A stretch of 42,685 nucleotides of DNA from a virus (taxonomy: Duplodnaviria > Heunggongvirae > Uroviricota > Caudoviricetes): the IMG/VR virus record IMGVR_UViG_2563366963_000007, one strand, 5' to 3'. The notes below the pieces were generated by a model. The model made no database searches. It saw nothing but the letters and a program-made list of their open reading frames with translations, and was not told where the DNA came from. Positions 10,113-19,906 of the stretch are shown here, piece by piece. Position 1 is the stretch's first letter, and each line of letters opens with the position of its first letter. The position numbers and the translations under genes were made by a program.

Positions 10113-10498
10113 AATATCAGCTCCATATTATTAAACTCTAATCGCTGTTGTGTTTCGATATCTGTTGCGATAATTAATATTGTTATTTTCCCGATATCCA
10201 CTGCTAACACATTTATTCTGTCAATTCTGACGCGTGGTTCCCATCGTGCTATTGCGCCAGCGCTTTCCATGATTATTCGCATAGCAAGCGACGGATCTGT
10301 GGGATTATCAACAAGATCAAATAATTTGCTGCCATATTCCGGCAGCATTACACGCGTCCCCAGCGGGGTCGTTAAAATATCAACGATAGACTGACGAATG
10401 TGATCAGTCCCCGATAAAAGTTTACCGGTGTTACGGTCCATTCCAAGCATCTTTACGCCATTGGTTGGTTCGGTTGTTGAGTTTCCCCGTCCGGACAT
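10109..10498 (-). CDS. baseplate assembly protein W (gp25-like)
   Basis: 129-aa ORF between V and J; pattern IRQSIVDILTTPLGTRVMLPEYGSKL typical of the GPW/gp25 family; the true start may be an internal Met. Confidence 0.7.
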   Translation of the reverse strand: MSGRGNSTTEPTNGVKMLGMDRNTGKLLSGTDHIRQSIVDILTTPLGTRVMLPEYGSKLFDLVDNPTDPSLAMRIIMESAGAIARWEPRVRIDRINVLAVDIGKITILIIATDIETQQRLEFNNMELIF

Positions 10499-11370
10499 AT
10501 ATGAGTGTGTCCGTTATACGTTGTGCGGACTTCAGTTATTGTGCCTTGTCGGTCCTGCACCTCTTGCCCTGCTAACACACTACCGCGAGTTGTGATATTA
10601 CCTGTTCCACCGTTATCTCCAGTGACAGAAATATCGTTACGGAATGTCGCTAATTTATCTACTACTAATGTCTCGGTAATATGCGTTGGACCAGCTAGTG
10701 TTATACCACCCGGAGCCCACGCGCTGATTGTTTGAGCTGTCAGCGATATTCTGTTCGCAGCAGTAACACTAACAGAACTCGTTGCTATAACGTTCACTAA
10801 ATCAGCATGTGCGTTAATTGTATCTGTCGCTGTGACATTAATAATATCAGCGTCTGCGTTAATTAATTTCCCACCATGGATATTAACTACATTTTCGCTA
10901 TTAATAGTAACATCTGCGCGTCCAAATATTTCTATTTCAGACTCACCGAGTATTTTTACCACGCCGTCCGGTACGCCCTGCCATGTCAGAGTGTGATTTT
11001 TTGTGTTATACGTCATCGTAGCCCCGTCACAGTATGCAGTGACATGATCATGGGGGTCATTGCTTGGCGGAGCTTTGTCGTCAATGTGCAGCCCGAGCAT
11101 AACTACACCGTTCCGCGTATCCCCACCCTCAGAAACAACAGTAACGGGATCGCCCACTGATGGTGCGCTCCAGTCGACGCGTTCTGAGGTGGCGTGAGTA
11201 AACCACTGCAGCCAGCCTGACTGGTGTTCGCCACCAAATGAGACTCGGCAGCGTGGAGGATTCATTTTAACTGCAGCTATCGTGCCGCGTTTAACTGCGT
11301 CACGCAGCCTGCGCGCGTTCTCCGCTGCAGCATATTCATCGTCCGATTGGGCCATAATAGTCGCCCTCAT
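10453..11370 (-). CDS. baseplate spike / assembly protein V-like
   Basis: 305-aa ORF; N-terminal pattern CRVSFGGEHQSGWLQWFTHATS...WSAPSVGD resembles gpV, with a C-terminal beta-helix-like repeat region. Confidence 0.65.
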   Translation of the reverse strand: MRATIMAQSDDEYAAAENARRLRDAVKRGTIAAVKMNPPRCRVSFGGEHQSGWLQWFTHATSERVDWSAPSVGDPVTVVSEGGDTRNGVVMLGLHIDDKAPPSNDPHDHVTAYCDGATMTYNTKNHTLTWQGVPDGVVKILGESEIEIFGRADVTINSENVVNIHGGKLINADADIINVTATDTINAHADLVNVIATSSVSVTAANRISLTAQTISAWAPGGITLAGPTHITETLVVDKLATFRNDISVTGDNGGTGNITTRGSVLAGQEVQDRQGTITEVRTTYNGHTHICPDGETQQPNQPMA

Positions 11371-11872
11371 GTTCTGCGCCGATATCTGGTGCTATTCCGA
11401 CGTATATATTTTTCAGGGTCCCCTGTGAGGGATAATCGAAAATATCTGGACCAACGCCTACAACCTGCGTGAACGACACGCACTGAACTGAATGCGAACC
11501 GACTGACTGCCCGTTTTTAATCCAGTCGCACGGTTCCGCGTCGCTGAATTTTGCCGGTTTAGTTCCGGGACCGAACATTCGCCCATTGATCCAGCTCGTC
11601 ATATAGAGCGCTGCATTCTGCGATTTCAGTCCGTACTGATCAGCTGCAAATTCACGCAGCAAATACAAATTACACGACAGCTCGACTGACTGAATTGAGC
11701 CTGGAACCGATTCGTCACTCTGTGACCAGTTGCTGATTTCCAGGAACAGAGCTGGCGTTTCAAATCCAGCCGGAATTTCCGGATAAATTCCGAATGTTTT
11801 GATGAACGGTATTTGTAAAACCGCGCCTTTAACGCGATCAAGATATTCGTCAAATGCATCCAGTCCGCTCAT
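11336..11872 (-). CDS. putative tail completion / virion morphogenesis protein
   Basis: 178-aa ORF between the head-completion genes and baseplate V; assigned by position only (R/S-like slot). Confidence 0.3.
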   Translation of the reverse strand: MSGLDAFDEYLDRVKGAVLQIPFIKTFGIYPEIPAGFETPALFLEISNWSQSDESVPGSIQSVELSCNLYLLREFAADQYGLKSQNAALYMTSWINGRMFGPGTKPAKFSDAEPCDWIKNGQSVGSHSVQCVSFTQVVGVGPDIFDYPSQGTLKNIYVGIAPDIGAEHEGDYYGPIGR

Positions 11873-12549
11873 AATCGTTTACCTGTTTTTGGGTCTACGT
11901 GGACATTACCTTTCACGCGACCGCGCAAATCTTTCTCAAAAAAACCCATAAAAACAGGGCCAATGTTTTCAAAAATATAATCATCGATAGCATCCTCCAG
12001 CGCGTCGTGCACAGGTACGCGAGCCTCTTCGATTCCTCCGCGATCCAGTCGAATCCAGACACTTTTCGCACCGTAGCGTTTCGCTACGAATGAATCGGGC
12101 CAACTCATCATCGCCAGCCCTGCACTTTTGGGTGTAAAAGTTGCCCCTCTAGCGCCTTTTTTGGTTTTCAAAAACAGGCCGGTCTCAAGATCGCGAGGCT
12201 GTTTTTGCCTCCGTGGATTTTGTAATCGCCCCTTTAGCTCAGATACCCGGAAATCATTCAGACCGTACCAGAGCTTGGCGCTGCTCAGGTCTCCTGCCCC
12301 TTCTTTTGTAAAATTACGGCGCTTAATGAACGGCTTGATTCGTTTATCTACGGCCTTATGATTTTTAGCTGCCAGTGCAGTCAAAATCATTCCTGCTGAA
12401 ATTCGGTGCATATGTTTTGCAGTTCGGTTCAGCGCCCTGTTGTATACCATTAACATTTGATGTTGCGTCGCGCTGATTTCGACTCTGAGCTGCTCCAGCG
12501 CCGAAACATCGATATCGAACATCTGCGCGTTACTACGTAAATCGGCCAC
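11869..12549 (-). CDS. putative tail completion / neck protein
   Basis: 226-aa ORF in the head-to-tail junction region; no motif recognised. Confidence 0.3.
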   Translation of the reverse strand: MADLRSNAQMFDIDVSALEQLRVEISATQHQMLMVYNRALNRTAKHMHRISAGMILTALAAKNHKAVDKRIKPFIKRRNFTKEGAGDLSSAKLWYGLNDFRVSELKGRLQNPRRQKQPRDLETGLFLKTKKGARGATFTPKSAGLAMMSWPDSFVAKRYGAKSVWIRLDRGGIEEARVPVHDALEDAIDDYIFENIGPVFMGFFEKDLRGRVKGNVHVDPKTGKRL

Positions 12550-12580
12550 GGTTCCCCCTTAAGTGGGACCGAGGTCCCAC

Positions 12581-12961
12581 TTAGTATTTTGAATACTCGC
12601 TGTTTTCGCTGGACGTGTGAGGCTCTAAAAAAATATTCGTGAGCCCTGTGCCATCAGGTTGAGGCTCTTTAACCACGTAATCGGTCCAGCCAGACCAGGT
12701 AACAGAGCCGTCAGGTTCGATGCTGCGCTGCTTTGGAACCTGGACGACGTCACGCGCAACAACGCCAGCGACGTCGTCCGAGAGCGCCGTCAGGCTCGTT
12801 ACTGTACCGGTAATAAAACCAGCGTGAGGAACGTCAACGCGCGCGTAAGGCTCGTTGAAAATAGCGATAATGGGGTCGGTTTTACCGCGTAATTTAACGG
12901 GCCGTCCCCACTCACGGATCATCTCCTCGTCGCCGGCCCGGAGGTCATCGTAGTAGCTCAT
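12581..12961 (-). CDS. putative head-tail joining protein (FII-like)
   Basis: 126-aa ORF following the FI-like gene in lambda-type order. Confidence 0.4.
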   Translation of the reverse strand: MSYYDDLRAGDEEMIREWGRPVKLRGKTDPIIAIFNEPYARVDVPHAGFITGTVTSLTALSDDVAGVVARDVVQVPKQRSIEPDGSVTWSGWTDYVVKEPQPDGTGLTNIFLEPHTSSENSEYSKY

Positions 12962-13377
12962 AGAGCGTAAACGTGATCAGCTGCGATAAGGTCTGCGACC
13001 TCCGGTGAATCAACAACAATTTCACGGCCTGCGGCAACAATCTCGCGAACGCGACGCCCGTTCACGTAGTGATAAACGTCCAGCGTGTTACGCAACTTGA
13101 CGCGGCGCGTAGCCGGTGCGAGCTCCTGCTCTTGTGACTGTGAAACGATAGCGCTCGCGATTGATTGAGCGAGTTCATTATCGGTCCCGGACGCAGTATT
13201 CACTGTAATCTCGATGCCTCCCGCGTCACCGGATTGCTCGTTCAGAATATCGAGCTCTGACTCAGCGCCGGCAACGATTGATTCCAGTTCCGCAATAGTC
13301 CCGCTGCGCGGTAATTCGCGACCGAGCTGAGCGCTCAGATCGTCAATACGCGCCAGCAATTCTGTTTTTGTGCTCAT
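12958..13377 (-). CDS. DNA packaging protein FI-like
   Basis: 139-aa ORF; N-terminus MSTKTELLARIDDLSAQLGRELPRSGTIAELESIVAGAESELD parallels lambda FI; directly after the major capsid gene. Confidence 0.55.
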   Translation of the reverse strand: MSTKTELLARIDDLSAQLGRELPRSGTIAELESIVAGAESELDILNEQSGDAGGIEITVNTASGTDNELAQSIASAIVSQSQEQELAPATRRVKLRNTLDVYHYVNGRRVREIVAAGREIVVDSPEVADLIAADHVYAL

Positions 13378-13390
13378 GTTGATTCCTTAA

Positions 13391-13414
13391 CAAAAAAGAG
13401 CCTTTCGACTCTTA
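13391..13414 (-). terminator. hairpin plus U-tract downstream of the major capsid gene
   Basis: Minus-strand RNA AAGAG-UCGAAAGG-CUCUU followed by UUUUG, overlapping the capsid stop codon. Confidence 0.4.
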
Positions 13415-14446
13415 CGCGATTTTTACGACAACGAACGCGTCGGCGTCCGTGAGGACCATTGCTGGCGCGGATTGCGTCATTGTTTGCGTCACTGCCGGAT
13501 CACCGGTAGTGGTCCAGACTTTTGGATAGCGCGTCGCTTCGGAAATACCCTCTTTCAGCGCGTCTTCGTCCTGAATTGCGCCATAAGTGCGGAGCCCGCG
13601 GTTTTTTGTGTTGCCAAGGATCATCGTGTTATCCGGCATATAACGCGTTTCAGTGTCTGTTACCGGGTCGAGGTATTGCCCTTTGTAGACAAACAGCGCA
13701 GTGTCGCCGTAGTAGCCTTTAAAGCTGACAACGTCGCCCAGGTTTTTCAGCGCGACCTCGAGCTGGCTGTTTGAGCCACGGCGCGTATCCAGTGCCGTCC
13801 AGAATTTTTTAAAACGCTTCAACTGCTTCCAGGCTTTACCATCCATGATGATCACGTTAACCGCACCGGAGGCGAGGTCCGCGTAGGATTCAATATCGTC
13901 GCTCGGGTCATACGTTTCCGCGTCCTGAGTCGACCAGGCTGTCGAACCGGACTGAGTGACGTTATTCGTCGCGCTGCGGCTCATGTCGATCTCATAGGTC
14001 TCGATATTGCTGCCGGAAACAGTGTATTTACCGTACAGAACAGCCTGTACCGCCTGGAACTCTTCGAGCTGGCTGATGCTCAGTTCCTCATCAAGCAGGT
14101 TCTGCATGATGATTTTTGCACGACGTTCGACCGGCGTTTCCGGCTGGCCAATCTGCTCACCGGCTGCGCGCTTGATGCTCATATTCGGATTGATCGTGTG
14201 CTTGGGTTTCGTGTAACCCGGTTTGAAATGGTTCGTTGAATAGCCGCGAGTGCGGTCAACTTTGCCGGTGATCATCGGCGCGCAGTACACGGCCATGTTC
14301 ACTTTTCCCGGGATTTTATCCAGAAAAACCTCTTCGCTCGTAAACGTGTAGGTCTCACGGAAAAACAGCTTTAAAAACAACGGATTGAACTTAAATACCT
14401 GCTGTGTCGCGGTAATCAGTTCTGACGTAGTAAACGAATCGCTCAT
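13412..14446 (-). CDS. major capsid protein (lambda gpE-like)
   Basis: 344-aa ORF; strong similarity along its length to lambda E as recalled (QQVFKFNPLFLKLFFRE...RRAKIIMQNLLDEEL...LPDNTMILGNTKNRGLRTYGAIQD...YPKVWTTTGDPA). Confidence 0.9.
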   Translation of the reverse strand: MSDSFTTSELITATQQVFKFNPLFLKLFFRETYTFTSEEVFLDKIPGKVNMAVYCAPMITGKVDRTRGYSTNHFKPGYTKPKHTINPNMSIKRAAGEQIGQPETPVERRAKIIMQNLLDEELSISQLEEFQAVQAVLYGKYTVSGSNIETYEIDMSRSATNNVTQSGSTAWSTQDAETYDPSDDIESYADLASGAVNVIIMDGKAWKQLKRFKKFWTALDTRRGSNSQLEVALKNLGDVVSFKGYYGDTALFVYKGQYLDPVTDTETRYMPDNTMILGNTKNRGLRTYGAIQDEDALKEGISEATRYPKVWTTTGDPAVTQTMTQSAPAMVLTDADAFVVVKIA

Positions 14447-14462
14447 TTATATATCCTGTTAT

Positions 14463-14500
14463 AAAAAAACCGCCCGGAGGCGGCTTGTTTTGAGTTTTTT
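14463..14500. terminator. GC hairpin flanked by A-run and T-run (bidirectional terminator-like)
   Basis: CCGCC-CGGA-GGCGG at 14470-14483, preceded by AAAAAAA and followed by TTGTTTTGAGTTTTTT; lies between the decoration and capsid genes. Confidence 0.45.
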
Positions 14501-14504
14501 GCTA

Positions 14505-14834
14505 TCAGCCGACGCTGATCGGCGTACCCGCAAATGCTGATTTGCGTTTAGCTACGTCGGTAACCGTACCCCAGTTAATCGCCGTGTAACGGAACGAGCC
14601 TGATTTATAGTACGAGCAGTCTGCAGAACTGGAGCCAGTATTAACTGCGGTGGCAGTGAGGCCAATAGCTTTACCGACTGAGCCGTCCCAAACCTTAAAC
14701 GTCCCGACAGTAGCGTCGAGCATAATCGGTGTCAGCCGGGGTACGTTGATCCCGCCCTGAAAATGACCGACGGTCGTGACAACAAGGTCAGGCCCAAGAA
14801 TAAAATCGTCCGGGCTATACGTTTCTGTAGTCAT
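14505..14834 (-). CDS. head decoration protein (lambda gpD-like)
   Basis: 109-aa ORF; C-terminal YYKSGSFRYTAINW...KRKSAFAGTPISVG parallels lambda D. Confidence 0.8.
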   Translation of the reverse strand: MTTETYSPDDFILGPDLVVTTVGHFQGGINVPRLTPIMLDATVGTFKVWDGSVGKAIGLTATAVNTGSSSADCSYYKSGSFRYTAINWGTVTDVAKRKSAFAGTPISVG

Positions 14835-15238
14835 TATTCATCCCCTAAAATTGAACGCCCTGCAGCAACCAGCATCGAGACGTTTGCGGTTGTTCCTGTT
14901 GCCGTAGTACTGCCAGCATCCTGAATAGTCGCTGGTGATTCAGTGCTCATTAGTGTATCGAGCGCCGTTTCTGTCCGCGCCTGCGCCGTTTTAGGTGCTG
15001 CAGCGAGGACTACCTGCGCCTGCCCGACCGTCATCCCGGGGACGCCAGCGAGCGCTTTTGCCTGCGCCTCGCGCCCAACAGCTTCGGGACAATTGATGAT
15101 GGCCATCACACGCGCCAGTTCGCTTGATGCGGCGTCCGCGCGAATCTGCTCCGTGTTAAACTCAACCTGCGCGACAGTAGTCGTGGTCGCGGTTTGTTCT
15201 GTGGTCGTGGTCTCCGCCGTGGTTTCTGTACCAGACAT
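14834..15238 (-). CDS. putative nested in-frame scaffold protein (Nu3-like)
   Basis: Internal ATG at 15238 (Met302 of C) preceded by GGAG 6 nt upstream; Thr/Ala-rich start MSGTETTAETTTTEQ like lambda Nu3, which is nested in C. Confidence 0.3.
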   Translation of the reverse strand: MSGTETTAETTTTEQTATTTTVAQVEFNTEQIRADAASSELARVMAIINCPEAVGREAQAKALAGVPGMTVGQAQVVLAAAPKTAQARTETALDTLMSTESPATIQDAGSTTATGTTANVSMLVAAGRSILGDE

Positions 15239-16141
15239 AAAGCGCTCCATTTTTGGTTTCAGTGCGTCGGCCATCACTGCGATAGCGTCCGCGTAATTAA
15301 CGAGTTGATCAGCGAGACCAGATTTAATCGCGTCCGCGCCGATAAATACTGCAGCTTCCGTGGCCAGCACCCTGGATTTTTTCAGCCCGGTATAATCCGA
15401 GACTTTTTGCGCGAACTGCTCGCGCGTGCTGTTAATACTCAGCTGGAATTCGTCGCGAACGTCGCCTGGCAGCTGGGAATACGGGTTCCCGTCAACTTTG
15501 TGCGCGCCGGCGTAAATCAGCGTCACGTCGACGCCAGCAATCTCCAGCGCTTTTTCGACGCAGCGGTGAGCCATCAGGACACCGATTGAACCAACTGTGC
15601 CTGTCTGCGTTATCAGCCGGCGCGAACACGCTGACGCCAGCAAATAGGCAGCGCTGCAGGCCGTATCGCTGGCCAGCGCCCACACAGGTTTTTGCTCTCG
15701 CGCCCGGGCGATTAAATCAGCAGTATCAAACGCGCCGGCGACTTCACCGCCAGGGGAGTCAATATCAAGCAGGACCCCTCTTACATCGGGATCAGAAATC
15801 GCCTGCTGCAGGCGTTTTGCGATTCCGTTGTAACCGCTCATCCCGCTAACTGGGTTGATATAACCCAATTTATGAACCAGCGTCCCGGTAACCGGCAGAA
15901 CGGCTATACCACGCTCCACGCGATACGATTTCTGGCGTGTTCGCTCGCTGCTGTCCCACCCCATCGCGAGCGCGTTCATTTCGTCGCTGTTCATTACCTC
16001 TCCAGACGCTGTATCAATCAGTCGCCCGGTACCGAACCGGTCGCTCAGCGCCGAAAAAAATACCCGCGCGTAGGTGGGCTCCAGCAAAAGCGGTTGATTG
16101 AACGCCCTGGCGGCGAGGTGCGGAAAATTGTTCCACGGCAT
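14834..16141 (-). CDS. head maturation protease / minor capsid protein C (S49 family)
   Basis: 435-aa ORF; similar along its length to lambda C as recalled (LLEPTYARVFF...GIAVLPVTGTLV...KPVWALASDTACSAAYLLASACSRRL...HKVDGNPYSQLP). Confidence 0.85.
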   Translation of the reverse strand: MPWNNFPHLAARAFNQPLLLEPTYARVFFSALSDRFGTGRLIDTASGEVMNSDEMNALAMGWDSSERTRQKSYRVERGIAVLPVTGTLVHKLGYINPVSGMSGYNGIAKRLQQAISDPDVRGVLLDIDSPGGEVAGAFDTADLIARAREQKPVWALASDTACSAAYLLASACSRRLITQTGTVGSIGVLMAHRCVEKALEIAGVDVTLIYAGAHKVDGNPYSQLPGDVRDEFQLSINSTREQFAQKVSDYTGLKKSRVLATEAAVFIGADAIKSGLADQLVNYADAIAVMADALKPKMERFMSGTETTAETTTTEQTATTTTVAQVEFNTEQIRADAASSELARVMAIINCPEAVGREAQAKALAGVPGMTVGQAQVVLAAAPKTAQARTETALDTLMSTESPATIQDAGSTTATGTTANVSMLVAAGRSILGDE

Positions 16142-17715
16142 CAGTTACCTCCCCAGCCGTTATCGTTGGTATTTGAGGGGTGAGATACAGACCATGACGG
16201 TTCGCTCAGCCCCATTTCACGCCGGCGCTGAATTTCGTATTCCTGCTGCTCCATAACCTCCTCGTAATCCTGTCCCTGCAGCGCCAGTTCGTTCTGATAC
16301 GTGCTGAGGCCAGTTGTGATGCGCATGGCGCTCTCCTGAACCTCTTTCAGCCCATCAATCGCCATGCGACCAGCGCCGATCCAGAGCGCGTTCGTCCAGG
16401 AGTTCCGCGCCTCATAAAACGACCGGACAGCTGAGCGTGGCAGGGTGATAATTCCGCGTGCCAGCGCCTCTTCAAACCAGCAGCAGAACATCAGCGACGC
16501 CTGTCGCGCGGCGATAAAACGTCGACGCCCCATGAAAAATCGCCAGCTGACGTTAGCACTGGCCCGGGCGCTGGAGTAACTGACCTGGCTGTAGTCCCGG
16601 CTAAGTTCTTCGTATGACGCGCCAACGCCAGCTGCAACGTAACGCAGGAGTGATTTTTCCAGTGAACTAAAACCAGCATCAGCATTCTGAGCGGTCTGTA
16701 AACTGAGTTTGTCGCCGGGATGCAGGTGGGGAACTTTCACACCACCGAGCTTGATATTTGCGCCGTTGTAGTACGTCACGTAACTCTGAATAAACGAATT
16801 CAGCGGGTTCGAGTCGATATCAGTACCCGCGCCGGCGATATATTCAAACGCCTGCTGGCTGTCGAGCTCTGATTCGATTGTCGCGGCATACATCGCCTTC
16901 ACAATGGCGCTCTGCAGTTGTGTTTGCTGCAGTGTGTCGAGCATTTTCAGGCGCTCCATGACGCTGTAAAAAATATTGTCCCCGCGGGTCTGTCCGTCCT
17001 CGAGCGGCTCGAATATGTGGATGAATGCGTGTCTGCCGCTGCTGAGCTGTGCTGGGATACGCCGGCATTTACCGACTCCGCCGAGAGGGTAAGTATCCTC
17101 GGCTATCCAGTACCCGACCGCGGCCCCGTTTTTATCGATATCAACACCGGCGCGGCGAAATTGAGTGTCAGCTGCGTAACCCGGATTTCGAATCCGTTTC
17201 GGTGAGACCATTTTGAATCGCGTCCGAAAAACGCTGCCGGCACTACTCTCCCAGACTGGTTGTACGCAGGTTTCACCGTTGAAAGCGTGAGTAGCCACGC
17301 CCTCGCGGATCATCATTGTGAACGTCCGTTTCCGCTCGATATCAATCGTGCAGTGAGGGTCCTCGGCGTATTCAGTCCACGCTACCTCGACGTCACGCGC
17401 CAGCGCCCTGGCGTCCTCGCGAGATATGCCGAGGTAACGCCAGTTAGGGCGATAACTCAACTTAAACAGATTGCCGACGATATGATCCTGGTGCAGCTGC
17501 ACGGCGTTCGACGCGACGCCGTTATTGCGAACGAGATCGTCTGCTCGCGCGTTACCGCGATAAAAATTCGGCAACAGTGCTGCGTCGGCGCTCTGCTGTG
17601 GTGCGTTCCAGTCAATCAGCTGGCCACCGAAACCGGGACCGCCGCCGTTATACCCCGCGTAACGGCGTAGTGGCGTTTTACCGTCAGGCCCGAGCAGCTG
17701 CTGCGGAGCAGTCAT
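16141..17715 (-). CDS. portal protein (lambda gpB-like)
   Basis: 524-aa ORF; long blocks matching lambda B as recalled (LLGPDG...AGY.GGG.GFGGQL...ARADDLVRNNG...LQSAIVKAMYAATIESELD). Confidence 0.9.
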   Translation of the reverse strand: MTAPQQLLGPDGKTPLRRYAGYNGGGPGFGGQLIDWNAPQQSADAALLPNFYRGNARADDLVRNNGVASNAVQLHQDHIVGNLFKLSYRPNWRYLGISREDARALARDVEVAWTEYAEDPHCTIDIERKRTFTMMIREGVATHAFNGETCVQPVWESSAGSVFRTRFKMVSPKRIRNPGYAADTQFRRAGVDIDKNGAAVGYWIAEDTYPLGGVGKCRRIPAQLSSGRHAFIHIFEPLEDGQTRGDNIFYSVMERLKMLDTLQQTQLQSAIVKAMYAATIESELDSQQAFEYIAGAGTDIDSNPLNSFIQSYVTYYNGANIKLGGVKVPHLHPGDKLSLQTAQNADAGFSSLEKSLLRYVAAGVGASYEELSRDYSQVSYSSARASANVSWRFFMGRRRFIAARQASLMFCCWFEEALARGIITLPRSAVRSFYEARNSWTNALWIGAGRMAIDGLKEVQESAMRITTGLSTYQNELALQGQDYEEVMEQQEYEIQRRREMGLSEPSWSVSHPSNTNDNGWGGN

Positions 17716-17945
17716 AATCGAACTCCCACGGGCCGACGGCGTCCCGTACTCAGACCGAGCTGTGATTTCAGCTCGATAATGTACGTTCGGAGCTGCTCAA
17801 TACTCGCCTGCGAGTATTGATAGCTCCGGTTATTTCCTGCTGAATCGCCGTGAGACAGCGACACGGTCGATTTACCCGTTAATAATTTGTGCAGAGCGAT
17901 TTCCGCTTCCAGCAGTCGTTCTGTTAAAACCTCGCGCGACGTCAT
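17712..17945 (-). CDS. head-tail joining protein W-like
   Basis: 77-aa ORF between terminase large and portal genes; ends ...IIELKSQLGLSTGRRRP like lambda W. Confidence 0.75.
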   Translation of the reverse strand: MTSREVLTERLLEAEIALHKLLTGKSTVSLSHGDSAGNNRSYQYSQASIEQLRTYIIELKSQLGLSTGRRRPVGVRL

Positions 17946-19906
17946 TAGCTCCCTCCGAGCATTCTGGCCATCTCCTCGAGAGACAGTTTGTTTTGTGATT
18001 TTTTCCGTTGCTCAGCGAGCGTCTCGAGATTGAGCTGGAAACGAATTTTACTGATACGCAGCGCTGCCAGTCCGTACACCCAGCAGTCGAGCGCCTCATT
18101 TCGCCGGCCCTGGTTGTCCCAACGATAAACGACGCGACCGTTAATGAGTTTCGGGATCAGAACCTCGGAGACGAGCTGTTTTGCCTCTGTCGTGCTGAAT
18201 ATTTCGTCGTCGTTGGGAAAATGAATCGCACCTGGTGTCGCCGATTTGGAGTCGGGTTCCAGCTGCAGGCGCATTGCGAGCAGGTCTTTCGCTGTATCTG
18301 TCCCAATCAACGACAAATACACTTTATTCGCGTTACGGGTACGAGGCATATTTACGACCGGCTGGCCGTATGAGCTCGCGCCCTTGATTGGAATGACCCA
18401 CAGCGGACCGAGTTTCAGCGAGCGGTTATAAACGACCTGCGCATCTATACCACCGGTATCCCACGCCCAGCGACTGACGCCGATTGTGGTCCCGTCGCTG
18501 CGCCGGTATTGTTTGCGAATCACTCCGTCGACGCGCTGCAGCGTGTCCTCCTCGTCGTAGCGACCGAGGACGATTGTTTTATCAATCAGCCAGCACTCCT
18601 CCTCGGCTCCCCAGCCCCACACATAACACTCGTAGCGCCCGGACGTCTGAGAGTCGATGCCGCCGGTTATATAAACAACACCGTCAGGAACCTGGCTGGC
18701 GTATTTTTCCCGGCGATTAACCAGAATATCGTGCTCCAGCTGCTCGCTGGCCACGTCGCTCCAGAGTTCGCCGAGCGTCGTGTTATGAAACGTCTTTTCC
18801 TTGAGCGGGTCGCCTTTCGCTTTCAGCCACTCGCTGACAATCTCGCCCCATCCATCGAGGTTTAGTGAATACAGGGCGTTTATCACGATCGCAGCGTGTT
18901 TCGGCGCGCGAACGACGCCACCGTCATGATCAAAAAAATGAATGCCGTCTCGGGTCCAGGTGCAGTCCTCGGCTATCCAGCGCCCCCCGAACTCCATTTT
19001 TTCGAGATCGCGATAGTAAAAATGTTCCGGGCAGTGGCAGCACTGGTAATACGCGGACGACGATTTCGCCTCATTGGTCTGCAGGCTGTTATCCCATTTG
19101 AGGCCGTATTCGATACCGTCGAAACCAAATACCAGGACCTGCTCCTCGCCACAATGCGGACATGTCAGGTAAAAACGAAACGTCAGATCGGCAGCGTCTT
19201 CGAGCATTTCGATATGACTTTTGCCGGTAACGGTCGGCGTCGAACCAAAAATCGCCTTCGGGTACGCTGCCCCTTTAATTCGAACGAGCGCCAGTTCGAT
19301 GGGCGAGCCCTCGCCTTTGCCTTTTTTGGCAACTTCCAGCGGCCAGCCGTCAACTTCGTCACCCTCGACAACCTGTTTCGTTAGTCGCCGGAAATTTCCT
19401 GGTGCACTCGCGCCGCGAAAATCAAGAATCGCGCCGCTCATTTCTTTACGCTGGAGATTGTTACGCTCGTTGCTTTTATCCCAGTCGGGGAAAATTTTCT
19501 GAATCACTGGCATTTCGGCGATAGCGGGGTCAACCTCGTCGGCGACAAATCCATCCGATTCGTCATCGATAGGCTGATAGACCACGGCACTACGTTTTTT
19601 GTGCTCAGCGAAATAGAGCAGCGCCGCGACGAGTATTTTTGTATAACCGAGACGAGCTGATTTGCGAACAGACACGATTTTTATCGCGTCGTTCGTCATC
19701 ATATTGAGCATCACTACCTGGACCGGCTGAGTCGTCCAGTGCCCAGCGATGTGGCTGGAGCCCTCAGGGAGATAAAAATATTTATCAGCCCACTCAACAC
19801 CCGTCATCGGTATCGTCACGCGCAAGGGATTCAACCCTGTCGAGATCGCGTTCGATATCGCTGACATCGTAATCGCTGAAGTCGATTCGTATGTCTGACA
19901 ACTCAT
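17945..19906 (-). CDS. terminase large subunit (lambda gpA-like)
   Basis: 653-aa ORF; extensive similarity to lambda A as recalled (VEWADKYFYLP, CPHCGEEQ, TTLGE, WGWG, IPIKGAS, LIGTDTAKD, EALDC.VYGLAALRIS). Start may be Met14 at 19867. Confidence 0.9.
   Translation of the reverse strand: MSCQTYESTSAITMSAISNAISTGLNPLRVTIPMTGVEWADKYFYLPEGSSHIAGHWTTQPVQVVMLNMMTNDAIKIVSVRKSARLGYTKILVAALLYFAEHKKRSAVVYQPIDDESDGFVADEVDPAIAEMPVIQKIFPDWDKSNERNNLQRKEMSGAILDFRGASAPGNFRRLTKQVVEGDEVDGWPLEVAKKGKGEGSPIELALVRIKGAAYPKAIFGSTPTVTGKSHIEMLEDAADLTFRFYLTCPHCGEEQVLVFGFDGIEYGLKWDNSLQTNEAKSSSAYYQCCHCPEHFYYRDLEKMEFGGRWIAEDCTWTRDGIHFFDHDGGVVRAPKHAAIVINALYSLNLDGWGEIVSEWLKAKGDPLKEKTFHNTTLGELWSDVASEQLEHDILVNRREKYASQVPDGVVYITGGIDSQTSGRYECYVWGWGAEEECWLIDKTIVLGRYDEEDTLQRVDGVIRKQYRRSDGTTIGVSRWAWDTGGIDAQVVYNRSLKLGPLWVIPIKGASSYGQPVVNMPRTRNANKVYLSLIGTDTAKDLLAMRLQLEPDSKSATPGAIHFPNDDEIFSTTEAKQLVSEVLIPKLINGRVVYRWDNQGRRNEALDCWVYGLAALRISKIRFQLNLETLAEQRKKSQNKLSLEEMARMLGGS

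Noticed and set aside
14943-16183. Plus-strand ORFs of 87-131 aa inside the protease and portal region
   Set aside because: Antisense to strongly supported lambda-like head genes; Arg/Cys-rich translations typical of GC-rich antisense frames.
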